In this document: one piece after another, positions 25,358-35,438 of the stretch | Numbering within the stretch: position 1 is the first letter of the stretch | Layout: each line of letters opens with the position of its first letter | Assembly (NCBI GenBank): GCA_963928385.1 | Contig: CAWVEQ010000012.1 | Span: 32,957-96,956, forward strand | From: Candidatus Saccharimonadota bacterium | GTDB taxonomy: Bacteria > Patescibacteriota > Saccharimonadia > Saccharimonadales > Saccharimonadaceae | Reading direction: 5' to 3' | Length of the DNA: 64,000 nt | The notes under the pieces: model-generated | What the model was told of the DNA's origin: nothing | Database searches by the model: none | What the model saw: only the letters and a program-made list of their open reading frames with translations | Position numbers and translations under genes: made by a program

Positions 25358-27154
25358 ATGAGTGAGGCAACTATTGCTACACCAACTATTGATGCTACTA
25401 CTGGCGAGGTGGTAGGTGGCTTGGCAGGCTTGCGTGAGATAATGAAGATGCGCCAAGAGCTAAATGCTACTGGTAACAATGCTGTTACGCCGTCCACTGG
25501 GCACAGCAGTAACGCAGTCACGGAAACACCGGCATCTGCTGACACTACTGAGCAACCGCGCAAATCGCGACGGCGCAATCGTCGACGGCGTGATGGCGGA
25601 AACAGCCCTGAACAGTCCAGCTTTACTCTGCCGATTAAGCCGTCGCAGGTTGTTTATGCTGAAATCATCGGTCGGCCAGGTATGCCCGAGGATGTGCGCA
25701 TGTATGTCAGCGGAGACGAGCGATTATATGTGCATACCAGCGCTGTGTATATGGGGCGAGCTCGCGATTATTGTGTGGCGGCTAAGAAATTATTGACCAA
25801 CCAGTCTGTATTTGACATGGCTAAGGTAGCTGATGTGCAACTGTTTATCAATAAGCGAGCAGAGCTAATTGTGATGGATGACTTTCTGGTGTATATGGAC
25901 AAGTATCGGATAGATAGCAGTAATGAAAAGGTATTTAATATGGCAAAGAAATTGTTGGATGAGCGAGCAAAACGAAGTGAGAACGAACGCAAGACAACTA
26001 ACGAAGATAGTCAAGGTCAACAGTCGGGCGATGTGGTAGTTTATAGTCTAAAGGCCGAATCGCCTAACCAGGGCGGTAGCGAAATAAAGTTACCCAAAGA
26101 GAAGCTGAGCCAGGTTGCGCGGGAGATAGACGAACAAGCTAAGCAGACTGCGCCAGCTAAGTCAGCTACGGTGTCGGTAGCACAGAAAGCCAATAAGGCG
26201 GATGCAAAGCCGCAATTGAGCATTGTAGATAAGGTAACTCGTGTCCAGGAGTTGGCAGACCGAGCTGCTACTGGCGAAGTCAGTATTGCTGTAGCGATGG
26301 AGACTTTTCTGTTGGTGGGCGAGGCTTCGCCAGAGTTATTAGTACAGCTACTGCACCTAGATTATGCTGTGGCAGTGGACTTGGTTGGCCAGCTTCGCTT
26401 GATGCACGCTATTGGCCATCAGGTCGATGGTGAGAAGGTAACCTATCCAATTCTAATTGACGACCTAAAAGATTTGGGCAAGGATGTGGCCTATACTTTA
26501 CAATCAGCCGAAGAGAACTTTCATTCCGTGATAGACGTGGTTACCGTGCGGAACAAGGAACTGTACTATGACCTAGACGCAGTCCTAGCCGTGCAAATGG
26601 CTGACGAATATATCCATCGACTAGCGGAATTCTGTCGGGTAACCTGTAGCCACCGTATTGGTCAGTTATTTGGTGGTACTGCTAAGAGAGTGGCTGCGTC
26701 AGAAGTACTGCAAGCATTAAGTGATGATAAGGGTGACGTATATGGCGAGAAGTCTGGAGATTTTGCCCTATTCCACGACTATGTCACCAAGGGAATGTTA
26801 ACAGCTGGCTGGTTGGTTGGTAATCCCAGTGATGGTTATCCGTGGGTGCAGTTCCAAGTTGCTGGGACTCGTGAGCTAACTATTGATACGCTGCGATATG
26901 TTGTTGCTAATGCTGATTGGTTGGTTGCCAGCTATGATGTTGCCTGTGTGCGCAGCTTGATTGAGCAGGTAAGGCGTCTGAGTTTGTCCGACAATGACAA
27001 GCGTCTGCAGAAGGCGGTTATCATGCGGCTGCAGAAATTGTTAGAGCAGTATGATGCTAATCAGGCTGACAATATTGACGCCCGGCAGTTAAGTTTAGAT
27101 AATTACGATAGTAAAGTCACTCAGAATAAACATAATGAAACCAAACAAGATTGA
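25358..27154 (+). CDS. Hypothetical protein (598 aa) with a low-complexity, arginine-rich N-terminal region
   Basis: It is a long ORF. TATAAT lies at 25341-25346, just upstream. I recognise no domain. Confidence 0.5.
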   Translation: MSEATIATPTIDATTGEVVGGLAGLREIMKMRQELNATGNNAVTPSTGHSSNAVTETPASADTTEQPRKSRRRNRRRRDGGNSPEQSSFTLPIKPSQVVYAEIIGRPGMPEDVRMYVSGDERLYVHTSAVYMGRARDYCVAAKKLLTNQSVFDMAKVADVQLFINKRAELIVMDDFLVYMDKYRIDSSNEKVFNMAKKLLDERAKRSENERKTTNEDSQGQQSGDVVVYSLKAESPNQGGSEIKLPKEKLSQVAREIDEQAKQTAPAKSATVSVAQKANKADAKPQLSIVDKVTRVQELADRAATGEVSIAVAMETFLLVGEASPELLVQLLHLDYAVAVDLVGQLRLMHAIGHQVDGEKVTYPILIDDLKDLGKDVAYTLQSAEENFHSVIDVVTVRNKELYYDLDAVLAVQMADEYIHRLAEFCRVTCSHRIGQLFGGTAKRVAASEVLQALSDDKGDVYGEKSGDFALFHDYVTKGMLTAGWLVGNPSDGYPWVQFQVAGTRELTIDTLRYVVANADWLVASYDVACVRSLIEQVRRLSLSDNDKRLQKAVIMRLQKLLEQYDANQADNIDARQLSLDNYDSKVTQNKHNETKQD

Positions 27155-27956
27155 GTTTAGTCATAATTCAACTGATATAAAAGGTAGTGATGGCAATGAC
27201 GAGGTTGTCGAAACGACACCTGACCGCAACGTGGCCAGTCAACCAGCGCGCGACCCGGCCTTGATTCCCATGCCGCAGTTAGATGCCGCGGCTGGCCGTG
27301 AGTTGACTAGCCTGCAACAGACGGCGGAAAAGACGAATGGGGTCGTGACGCCTGCCAATGCCATTACTATGTTGGGCGTTGGTCTAACGGCGTTAGGTTG
27401 CCACGAGTTTGTTATGGGTAACCATAGTCTGGCGGTAGGCATTATTGCGGTTGGCGCGGTATGCGATGCTCTGGATGGGCAAGTGGCACGACGGACGCGG
27501 ACGGCCAATTACCAGGTGGGGCGATATTTAGATATCGGCGCCGATGGAGTCAAAGCAGCGATGCTGGGTGGCGCGTTATACAGTAGCGGTGTTTATTCAG
27601 GTGTTGAACTAGCTATGAATTATGGGCCTAAAGCTTTGGGATGGTTGGCTAACGGCGCATCAAAGTTTATTGCTAAAAATGATCCTAAAACTAGCCAGAC
27701 GGGTCGAGTTGCTGAGGTGGCGCGATGGGTGGCACCTGGTTTAGCGGTGGCATCCAGTTTACTGGTTGACAATGGGCAGTCAGCCGTAGGTGAGATTGTT
27801 CGACGAACCAGTCATGTAGCCACGGTTGCTTCGTGTGCTCTGGGGTTAACGGCGGCGGCGGGCTATGTTAAGGGGCTGGTGACGTCGCATAAACAAAAGG
27901 AGTCGGCTGCTTCATCGGCAATTGATAACGCGGCCGAATTCAATAACGGCAACTAG
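27135..27956 (+). CDS. CDP-alcohol phosphatidyltransferase family membrane protein
   Basis: The signature DG(x2)AR..G(x3)D(x3)D is seen as DALDGQVARRTRTANYQVGRYLDIGADGV. The start position is uncertain. Confidence 0.65.
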   Translation: MKPNKIEFSHNSTDIKGSDGNDEVVETTPDRNVASQPARDPALIPMPQLDAAAGRELTSLQQTAEKTNGVVTPANAITMLGVGLTALGCHEFVMGNHSLAVGIIAVGAVCDALDGQVARRTRTANYQVGRYLDIGADGVKAAMLGGALYSSGVYSGVELAMNYGPKALGWLANGASKFIAKNDPKTSQTGRVAEVARWVAPGLAVASSLLVDNGQSAVGEIVRRTSHVATVASCALGLTAAAGYVKGLVTSHKQKESAASSAIDNAAEFNNGN

Positions 27957-27962
27957 CCAACG

Positions 27963-28187
27963 TTAATCGGTCTTAATCTCAATTGTCTTATGGCGCGATG
28001 TGGCACCGTTCTTAATACGAATTCGCGATTTGGCGACGTGAAAGTGCTGCGATACTAGCTTGATAACAGCGATATTGGCTTGACCGTCAATTGGCTTAGC
28101 AGTAGTCCTGGCCAGGTAACTGCCGTCAGGCTGCTTGACTAACTCGTTTTTACTTCCACCAGGTTTGACTTGAACTCGAATTTCCAT
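27963..28187 (-). CDS. DUF167 (YggU-family) protein
   Basis: It is 74 aa with the pattern VKPGGSKNE..DGQAN..SRHKTIEI typical of YggU. Confidence 0.7.
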   Translation of the reverse strand: MEIRVQVKPGGSKNELVKQPDGSYLARTTAKPIDGQANIAVIKLVSQHFHVAKSRIRIKNGATSRHKTIEIKTD

Positions 28188-28188
28188 G

Positions 28189-29412
28189 TTAATTTACTGG
28201 TCCGTCGGTCGGTTTACCGCCTTTATCTATGAATGACTGTACATCATCTGGCAAGTAGCTGCCTGGTTGATGATAGCCAGCCTGCCATTTATATCCGTCA
28301 CCGTAACCCAAGTTGCGCATTAATTTAGTTACACCATTGCGGATGGATAATGGAATGGGGCTATCGGGAAATTGCTCGGCCAAGCGGCTGGCAACCATCC
28401 ATTCGTCGTACGACTCGCGGGATTTTTTTGACCGGCACAGGGCGACTACGACGTGGGATAGGATAATGCCGCCCTCGGGCAAACCAACCCGCTCAATCGC
28501 CATAAAGGCATTGAGCGCTAGGCCTAAGGCGCCGTTGCCAGCCAAGCCAATATCCTCGCTAGCGAATATGACCATACGCCGAGCGATAAATTTGGGGTCT
28601 TCGCCAGCCTGAATCATGCGAGCTAAGTAATACAGTGCAGCCTGTTCATCGCTGCCGCGCATCGATTTGATAAAGGCGCTGATAATGTCATAGTGTCCGT
28701 CGCCTTTCTTATCGTAACGGGGTAGCTTCTTGCCGACGGCCTGCTCGATAATCTCTGTTGTAATGTTGCCCTTGTCGCCCACTAAGTCCTCGGCCATCTC
28801 TAACGCCCCCAAGGCATAGCGAGCATCACCGTGGGCCAGATTGGATAGGTCGTCAATCGCCTCGTCGGTGATGCGCTGGTCTAATTGTTCAGCCGACACG
28901 GCGCGGCGCAGGATGGTTTTAATATTGTCGGGTGATAATTGTTCCAATATAACTACGCGTGAGCGGGAAATTAGGGGTGATATAACCTCGAACGACGGAT
29001 TTTCCGTAGTGGCCCCAATTAAGGAAATGAGTCCGCTTTCCACGTGGGGTAGGAAGGCGTCCTGCTGCGCTTTATTAAAGCGGTGGATTTCGTCAACAAA
29101 TAGGATGGTGCGGATATGCAGGTTCCAGTTTTGGCGAGCTCGTTCAATAACTTTTTCGACGTCAGCCTTTTTAGCTGAAACGGCGGATACCTCAACAAAG
29201 TCAGCCTTAACCTCGTTGGCGATAATGCGAGCCAGAGTTGTTTTACCGGTGCCAGGTGGCCCCCAGAAAATTAGGGAGACCGGGTCACCCTTGGCGACAA
29301 TCGGTCGTAAAATGGCCATAGCCTTGTCTTGCCCAACCACATCATCCAGTGATTTTGGTCGCATTCGTTCGGCTAATGGCTGCATCGGCTGACTAGCACT
29401 ACTTTGCATAGG
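28189..29412 (-). CDS. rarA: Replication-associated recombination protein A (RarA/MgsA AAA+ ATPase)
   Basis: It has LAERMRPKSLDDVVGQ, the Walker A GPPGTGKTT, and a C-terminal MgsA domain (GDGHYD, ALYYLARM). The start is taken at the Met preceding QSSASQP. Confidence 0.9.
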   Translation of the reverse strand, partial: PMQSSASQPMQPLAERMRPKSLDDVVGQDKAMAILRPIVAKGDPVSLIFWGPPGTGKTTLARIIANEVKADFVEVSAVSAKKADVEKVIERARQNWNLHIRTILFVDEIHRFNKAQQDAFLPHVESGLISLIGATTENPSFEVISPLISRSRVVILEQLSPDNIKTILRRAVSAEQLDQRITDEAIDDLSNLAHGDARYALGALEMAEDLVGDKGNITTEIIEQAVGKKLPRYDKKGDGHYDIISAFIKSMRGSDEQAALYYLARMIQAGEDPKFIARRMVIFASEDIGLAGNGALGLALNAFMAIERVGLPEGGIILSHVVVALCRSKKSRESYDEWMVASRLAEQFPDSPIPLSIRNGVTKLMRNLGYGDGYKWQAGYHQPGSYLPDDVQSFIDKGGKPTDGPVN

Positions 29413-29484
29413 GTAATTATAGCAAATCAATTGTTTTAGCTGAGTAGTAATGTATAATATTCCATATAATGTTAAGGAGGAACT

Positions 29485-30222
29485 ATGGGGTTGGTGATTA
29501 TGCTATTGGTGCTGTTGGCTATCTATATCGGCAGTGGTATTAAGGTGGTTAACCAATATGAACGCGGCATTATTTTAACGCTCGGTAAATATACTGGTAC
29601 AAAGGAGCCTGGGCTTCGAATCGTTTGGCCGGGGTTTCAGAAAATGGCGCGAGTGGACGTTCGTTCAACGCCGATTGATGTACCAAAGCAAGAGGTCATC
29701 ACTAAGGATAACGTGACAGTTAATATTGATGCGGTAGTTTATTTTCGCGTCATTAATCCTGAGCGGGCAGTGTTGGAAACTACTAACTACGTGGCGGCAA
29801 CTTCGCAGTTTGCCCAAGCGGCATTGCGTGATGTATCGGGTAACGTTAATTTAGACGATTTATTGAGTCGTCGTGACGAAATTTCTACGCAAATTAAGGC
29901 GATTGTCGACCAGCAGACTGACCCGTGGGGAATAGATGTCGAAATGGTGAAGCTGCAGAACATTGAGCTGCCACAAGATATGAAACGGGCTATGGCTAAA
30001 GAGGCTGAGGCAGAGCGTGAGCGACGCGCCAACATTATTAGTGCTGACGGCGAAAAGCAGGCGTCGCAGACGCTGGCCGAAGCAGCGCAGATCCTAGCTA
30101 ATTCGGCTGGTGCAATCAACCTGCGTACGCTAAATACTTTAGAGCGCATCTCGTCAGAGCCATCGCAAAAGACCTTGGTGCTAATGCCGACAGAGATCTT
30201 AAGCGCACTGACGAAGAAGTAG
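29485..30222 (+). CDS. SPFH/band-7 (stomatin/prohibitin-like) membrane protein
   Basis: An N-terminal TM helix is followed by the SPFH core (VVNQYERGIILTLGKY..) and a coiled-coil AEAERERRA segment. Confidence 0.85.
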   Translation: MGLVIMLLVLLAIYIGSGIKVVNQYERGIILTLGKYTGTKEPGLRIVWPGFQKMARVDVRSTPIDVPKQEVITKDNVTVNIDAVVYFRVINPERAVLETTNYVAATSQFAQAALRDVSGNVNLDDLLSRRDEISTQIKAIVDQQTDPWGIDVEMVKLQNIELPQDMKRAMAKEAEAERERRANIISADGEKQASQTLAEAAQILANSAGAINLRTLNTLERISSEPSQKTLVLMPTEILSALTKK

Positions 30223-30364
30223 TCAAACACTTTTTCAGAGACAGTAAAACCGCTCGGTATGATGGGCGGTTTTACTTGGCGCTATATGCTCTTACGGTGC
30301 ATGGTTGGCAAACAAAATACCTCTATGGATGTCCATAGAGGTATTAATGCTAAGCAATAAGTAA

Positions 30365-30441
30365 TGGTGCGGGTTAAGAGACTCTAACTCTCGACCTCAT
30401 CCTTGGCAAGGATGCGCTCTAAACAACTGAGCTAAACCCGC
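30365..30441 (-). tRNA. tRNA-Gly (GCC), CCA encoded
   Basis: The reverse complement gives acceptor GCGGGTT/AACCCGC, anticodon stem CATCC/GGATG and loop TTGCCAA. Confidence 0.88.
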
Positions 30442-30558
30442 AAATTGTAATATTCACTGCTTCAGCACTGTATATAGTATCAGACAGAGTACTGTTATGT
30501 CAACGGCTTGACGGTTATCATTTAGCGGTTCATAATCAGTAGTGATAACGGCTAGTTA

Positions 30559-31230
30559 TTGTACTTGCCAACTATACACCACGAGTACCACTGGGAGGTG
30601 GTTGAATTGGCTAAGAAGCCCAAACCAACCAGTAAGGAGCGTCGCCGCCGTAAACAGTTAGAGGAGGCGCGCCAGTCGCGCGTGGCTGACAGGCACCACA
30701 TCCTCTTTGACAAATGTCTGTGGGACAACAATGGGCACAGTGAATTGCGGCGCGATTTGGACATGATTGTCACTATGGATCGCAAGATTCACGATGAGCT
30801 ACACCGCAAGGTTCCGCCCATCCCGCCACTGGGAAACAGCCTGACTATGTGTGTCACCAAGTACTATCGTCAGCTGCAGAACAGCGCCAAACGTGAAGCT
30901 ATGGGTGGCGAAAGCAACCCAGTCATCGGCATTGCGCTACTGAAAATGGCGCTGGACATGATAGTCAAGCGTGACAAGGCTACCATGCTGGAGATTAGGC
31001 AAATCGAGCTAATGCAGGACAATCTGGATGCGCAGGTCGAGTTTATTCTGCGCAGTAATGAGATTCTGCGGCGGTGGCAGCAGGACGATCAGTGTGTGCC
31101 ACTGTCCATGTGTGCTGGCGGTCTGCCTGCTTGTCTTGCTGCTACACCGGTGGCACTTGGTGGCGAGCTGCGCCAATCCGACCCAGAGGATGACCTGGCG
31201 GTCATTCTGGGCAAAGGCGCATTTGAATAG
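30559..31230 (+). CDS. Hypothetical protein flanked by two tRNA genes; weak HNH-like His pattern
   Basis: It is a long ORF. A probable start is the TTG around 30605 after GGGAGGTG. The pattern RHHILFDKCLW..MDRKIHDELH only weakly recalls beta-beta-alpha-Me nucleases. Confidence 0.45.
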   Translation: MYLPTIHHEYHWEVVELAKKPKPTSKERRRRKQLEEARQSRVADRHHILFDKCLWDNNGHSELRRDLDMIVTMDRKIHDELHRKVPPIPPLGNSLTMCVTKYYRQLQNSAKREAMGGESNPVIGIALLKMALDMIVKRDKATMLEIRQIELMQDNLDAQVEFILRSNEILRRWQQDDQCVPLSMCAGGLPACLAATPVALGGELRQSDPEDDLAVILGKGAFE

Positions 31231-31382
31231 CTTGCGAGAGCTAGTTGGCATAAAACTCTAAAGCCCCGCTGGTGACAGCGGGGCACATTTTTGCCTAAGT
31301 TCGGACCAAAAGTAGAAAATAGCGCCTCATGTGAGGCGCTATTCCCAGAAAGAAATGAAAAACCAACAACTGTTTACAAAAC

Positions 31383-31458
31383 TGGTGGCTCCTCCCAGAC
31401 TTGAACTGGGGACACAAGGCTCTTCAGGCCTCTGCTCTACCAACTGAGCTAAAGAGCC
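31383..31458 (-). tRNA. tRNA-Phe (GAA), CCA encoded
   Basis: The reverse complement gives acceptor GGCTCTT/AGGAGCC, anticodon loop CTGAAGA and T-loop TTCAAGT. Confidence 0.88.
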
Positions 31459-31560
31459 ACATCTTGTAAACAGAAATCATTATAAGGAAAAAGTGATTGT
31501 TTTGCAAATTTAAAAGCGGTCACCCCTTAATGATCGGTGGTGACCGCTTAAGTTCAAGCT

Positions 31561-32409
31561 CTAGACGGCAATAGGGATGTTCGTAATCTGTGGCCCGTGC
31601 TGGTAGTTTTCGACGATTAAGTCATCGGTGGTAAAGTCGTAGAAATCGGTAATGTCGGGATTGAGCTTAACCGTTGGTGCAGGGTAGGTGGGTCGCTGGA
31701 TTAGCTCCTTAACAATGTCGACGTGGCGGTCGTAAATGTGCGCATCAACTATCATGTGTACCAGCTCTCCAGCATTCATATTGGAGACTTGCGCGACCAT
31801 CATCAACAGGATAGAGTACTGGCAGACATTCCAGTTGTTGGCGGCCAGCACATCTTGACTGCGCTGTACCAACACCATATTGAGGGTTGGGCGATTCTCA
31901 CCCGGCACCTGAGTCACGTTATAGATGGCGTTGTAGGCACACGGGTAGAGATGCATGTCGTGTAGATCATGCGGATTATACAGGTTAGTCATGATTCGAC
32001 GCGAGTATGGATTGTGGGTCAAATCGTAAAGGACTCGATCCATCTGGTCGAACTCACCTTCCGGATATAGACTCTTAACGCCAACTTGGTAGCCATAAGC
32101 CTTGCCAATGGAGCCAGTTTCATCTGCCCATTCATCCCAAATGTGACTATGCAAATCGTGGATGTTGTTGGACTTGCGCTGATAGATCCACAGGATTTCG
32201 TCCATGGCTGACTTTAGTGCGGTTCGGCGCAAGGTCAGAGCGGGAAACTCTTCGCGCAGATCATAGCGATTACATACGCCAAACTGCTTGATGGTGTACG
32301 CGGGTGTTCCATCCTCCCAGTGAGGGCGGACCTTTTGCCCCTGCGTGTCGGTGCCATTCTCGACAATGTTTTGGCACATGTCGATAAACAATTGATCGGC
32401 TTTGCTCAT
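31561..32409 (-). CDS. thyA: Thymidylate synthase ThyA
   Basis: It has the typical ThyA length and motifs (IWDEWAD, RRIMTNLYNP, LYPCA catalytic Cys, DAHIY). Confidence 0.93.
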   Translation of the reverse strand: MSKADQLFIDMCQNIVENGTDTQGQKVRPHWEDGTPAYTIKQFGVCNRYDLREEFPALTLRRTALKSAMDEILWIYQRKSNNIHDLHSHIWDEWADETGSIGKAYGYQVGVKSLYPEGEFDQMDRVLYDLTHNPYSRRIMTNLYNPHDLHDMHLYPCAYNAIYNVTQVPGENRPTLNMVLVQRSQDVLAANNWNVCQYSILLMMVAQVSNMNAGELVHMIVDAHIYDRHVDIVKELIQRPTYPAPTVKLNPDITDFYDFTTDDLIVENYQHGPQITNIPIAV

Positions 32410-32663
32410 GACTAATCCTTTCTGTATTCTAACGATGGAATCAGGCCGTTTATCCTGATATATCGCCTCCTAACTCTGGAACTTGCTTAAAGGTGCAAAA
32501 CAGTGGTAATTATATCACAGTAGTGGCGCAGGTAATCGTCAGGTTGTATGGTATAATTAGTGTAGGTTGTTACGGCGCCTTGGCGGAGCAGTTACGCAGC
32601 GGTCTGCAAAACCGCGTAGGTGGGTGCAACTCCCACAGGTGCCTCCACATTACAATCAGGTAT

Positions 32664-32750
32664 GGGCGAGTGGCGGAATTGGTAGACGCGCTAGACTCAA
32701 AATCTTGTGAGCATTCGCTCGTGAGGGTTCAAGTCCCTCCTCGCCCACCA
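32664..32750 (+). tRNA. tRNA-Leu (probably CAA), long variable arm, CCA encoded
   Basis: The acceptor is GGGCGAG/CTCGCCC and the anticodon loop reads CTCAAAA, with one mismatch in the anticodon stem. Confidence 0.8.
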
Positions 32751-32821
32751 CAGTGACATGCCGATGGTCTCGGCAATCGGCTAGCGAAGTATTTTTAAGC
32801 CGAGGTTAGGCGGTGTAATAA

Positions 32822-34057
32822 ATGATTAAAGCAGTTGGTATGGGTGGTCAGTACGACCAGGCAGCAGCCAAAGCAATTTTAAACCAAATTTTAGACTTTA
32901 TTGACCATGGCGAAATAAAAGCGGCCAATGGTGAGATATATGATGGACACCCTTGTCTGTATTTATTACATTCGCGTGACGAGGTGCAGGCTGAACTGGA
33001 TGCCAGCTTGGTTAAGGATGAGTACAACCGCTATGACATCTGCTATATAGCACGAAAATTATTAAAGTACTGCTTGGGCCAGTATGATATAAAAACCACA
33101 GTCAAGCTAATGCCGCGCGATATGACCATGCCAGCCGGTATTAAGATGCAGGATGGCAAACCGTATATTGTGGACGTGTCTAGCGACCTAAAGCGTTTCC
33201 TGGGCTGGGAAATTGCCACCATTAATCGAGTGCCAGTGGCTGAGTTGCTGGCAGATATTGAGGAAGTGACTGCGTATGCAACGCCTGAGTGGCTGGCGTA
33301 CAAGCAGGAAACCACGCTAGTTAGCCCAATGCTGGCGGCGTTACCGCACTTTAAGGGTGGCCTAGGTATGATGCGCTACGGCGTCAGCAAGGGCGGCGCC
33401 AAGGACGAGATATGCACCAGCATCCCCAATGACTATACGATAACTGGTTTTCAGGCGGGGCACGGTCGCAGTAAGAATTATTCGTATCGAGTAGTTGATG
33501 ACGTTATTGTTATTCAGTATTCAATGTGCCGGGATAAATATCGTATGGATCGGCTAATTGCCGATGCTGGTCGCGACGCCAAAAAGCATGGCATTTCCAA
33601 ATACGTTATTGACTTACGCCATAACAGTGGCGGTAACCCGTGCCTAACTAACCAACTGTTAGATTTTCTAAATGGAGCTAAGCTAGTGACCTTGACTAAC
33701 GGTAGTATTTATTCGTGTGGCGCTATGGCTTGCGCAGCACTGCGCAAACGGGGGTCGTACACAATTGGGACAGATATTGGCATGCCTCTGGATGGCTTTT
33801 GTTGCTCGCAGAAAATTGCTATGGACGAAGTTGGGCTAAGTGTGATTCGCAGTGTTGGTAATTATAATCATTGGGATAATGCTAAGGGCGAGTATGTCCA
33901 GCTGAGCCCCCAAGAGTTTAAGGATACGTACAATAAGGACAATCTGCCGACTCTGACATTCTTCCATCCAGATAAGTATGTGGCGCGAACAGTTGACGAC
34001 CTAGTGGATGGTTGCGATCCACAGCTGGAAGCGGCGTTGGCATATTTGGCTAAGTAG
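32822..34057 (+). CDS. S41 (C-terminal processing peptidase)-like protein without an obvious signal peptide
   Basis: It has a DLRHNSGGN motif and a downstream Ser/Lys region (NGSIYSCGAMACAALRK). Confidence 0.55.
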   Translation: MIKAVGMGGQYDQAAAKAILNQILDFIDHGEIKAANGEIYDGHPCLYLLHSRDEVQAELDASLVKDEYNRYDICYIARKLLKYCLGQYDIKTTVKLMPRDMTMPAGIKMQDGKPYIVDVSSDLKRFLGWEIATINRVPVAELLADIEEVTAYATPEWLAYKQETTLVSPMLAALPHFKGGLGMMRYGVSKGGAKDEICTSIPNDYTITGFQAGHGRSKNYSYRVVDDVIVIQYSMCRDKYRMDRLIADAGRDAKKHGISKYVIDLRHNSGGNPCLTNQLLDFLNGAKLVTLTNGSIYSCGAMACAALRKRGSYTIGTDIGMPLDGFCCSQKIAMDEVGLSVIRSVGNYNHWDNAKGEYVQLSPQEFKDTYNKDNLPTLTFFHPDKYVARTVDDLVDGCDPQLEAALAYLAK

Positions 34058-34189
34058 ACTGAGCGAATCCGTAATTCCAATCACTGTGCGCTCCGCTGAA
34101 GATTTATGTGAGGTGCGGCTTGCTGGTGTGGCCAGATTATTTTATAATAGTAGCTATTGGTGTACGCCACGTTCTTTCGGGAGGTTGCT

Positions 34190-34633
34190 ATGGGAAATAG
34201 CAAAGGTATCTATTGGTTGTCGACGCTGCAATATGCCATTGCCAGTTTGGCGATGGCGCTTGATCTGTTCGCCATCTTTGACTTAGCCAACTTTAGTGGC
34301 TATAACCACTACAACGCTGTCGTTGGCCCGACGGTGGCCGTCGCTGCCCTGGATCCTGCCCCACTTGCTTTGAGCCTGTGGCTGATTGGCATCGTTGCTG
34401 GTCCGGCAGCTTTCTGCGCGGTCCTGTGCAAGAATTATCGGCTAACCACGCGCCTAGCGGTGCTATCGGCGATTTGCATTGCCTTTGTTATGTTCATCGG
34501 CTGGGCTGACCTGGATGCTAAGTCAATCTTGGGCTTTGCGCCGACCAACTTTTATTTGGCCTACGTGATTTTGCACGGGTTGCTGGCTACTACCAGTGGT
34601 TGGCTGGCTCATCAGGCGCGCTTTGCCGCATAA
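34190..34633 (+). CDS. Small integral membrane protein (about 4 TM helices), unknown function
   Basis: Its hydrophobic profile supports this. The ATG at 34190 follows GGGAGG with 5 nt spacing. Confidence 0.5.
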   Translation: MGNSKGIYWLSTLQYAIASLAMALDLFAIFDLANFSGYNHYNAVVGPTVAVAALDPAPLALSLWLIGIVAGPAAFCAVLCKNYRLTTRLAVLSAICIAFVMFIGWADLDAKSILGFAPTNFYLAYVILHGLLATTSGWLAHQARFAA

Positions 34634-34732
34634 ACGAACTATTGACCTAAGGAATCTCTACTTTTGAGGTGAGCTGTTGGCTCACCTCTTTTCATGTTCA
34701 GAAAAGCTTAAGCTATTTGGTATAATCGGGTA

Positions 34733-35416
34733 GTGAGTCGAATGTCTGACAAGCCTAAGGATTTGCGTCCGCGTGAGAAACTACAACATCGCGGCGCTGC
34801 TAGCCTGAGCGATTATGAACTGATTATGGCAATTATCGGCAGCGGTAATGCAGTTGCCGACGTTACGCAAATATCTCGTGAAGTGCTAAAAGTCGTGAAG
34901 TCTAAGGGCAGTGAACTAGAATACAGCGACTTGATTGGGATTAAGGCGTTAGGCCCAGCCAAAGCTACTCAGTTGATGGCTAGTTATGAGCTGTGGCGGC
35001 GACGATTTGAAGTGCCCGACCGCCCAGTCATTGATGACATAGCCGACATCGTGGCTAGGCTAGACGACATTCGCAGTAAGAAACAGGAGTATTTTGTCTG
35101 TTTTAGCCTAGATGGCGCGAACCGATTGATTCAACGGCGGATTGTCAGCGTTGGTATACTGAATGCTAGTCTAGTCCATCCGCGCGAAGTCTTTGCTGAC
35201 GTCATCACTGATCGAGCTGCTGGTATTATTGTGGCGCATAACCATCCCAGCGGCACTGTGACGCCTAGTCCAGAGGATATTCAAACAACTCGGCGGCTAA
35301 AGCAAGCGGCAGAACTGCTAGGCATCGGTTTTTACGACCACATAATTGTGTCGGCGGATGACTATCGCTCTGTTCTTTCAACTACGGAATGGTATGCGGC
35401 AAATAATGCGGTCTAA
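34733..35416 (+). CDS. radC: RadC-like JAB/MPN domain protein
   Basis: It has the N-terminal RPREKL motif and the JAMM motif HNHPSG. Confidence 0.85.
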   Translation: MSRMSDKPKDLRPREKLQHRGAASLSDYELIMAIIGSGNAVADVTQISREVLKVVKSKGSELEYSDLIGIKALGPAKATQLMASYELWRRRFEVPDRPVIDDIADIVARLDDIRSKKQEYFVCFSLDGANRLIQRRIVSVGILNASLVHPREVFADVITDRAAGIIVAHNHPSGTVTPSPEDIQTTRRLKQAAELLGIGFYDHIIVSADDYRSVLSTTEWYAANNAV

Positions 35417-35438
35417 TGATGGTGATATGATATAGGCA

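Noticed and set aside
29787-30230. A 147-aa minus-strand ORF lies opposite the SPFH gene. Similar antisense ORFs lie at 44427-44870 (opposite the hsdR end), 28841-29392 (opposite rarA), 54566-55009 and 47895-48341.
   Set aside because: All lie inside well-supported genes on the other strand and have low-complexity Ser/Arg/Ala-rich translations. They are treated as shadow ORFs.
32493-32756. An 87-aa ORF lies at 32493-32756, with similar ORFs at 19007-19198 and 22852-23046.
   Set aside because: Each is the read-through translation of a tRNA gene (Leu-CAA, Ala/Val and Leu-GAG respectively).
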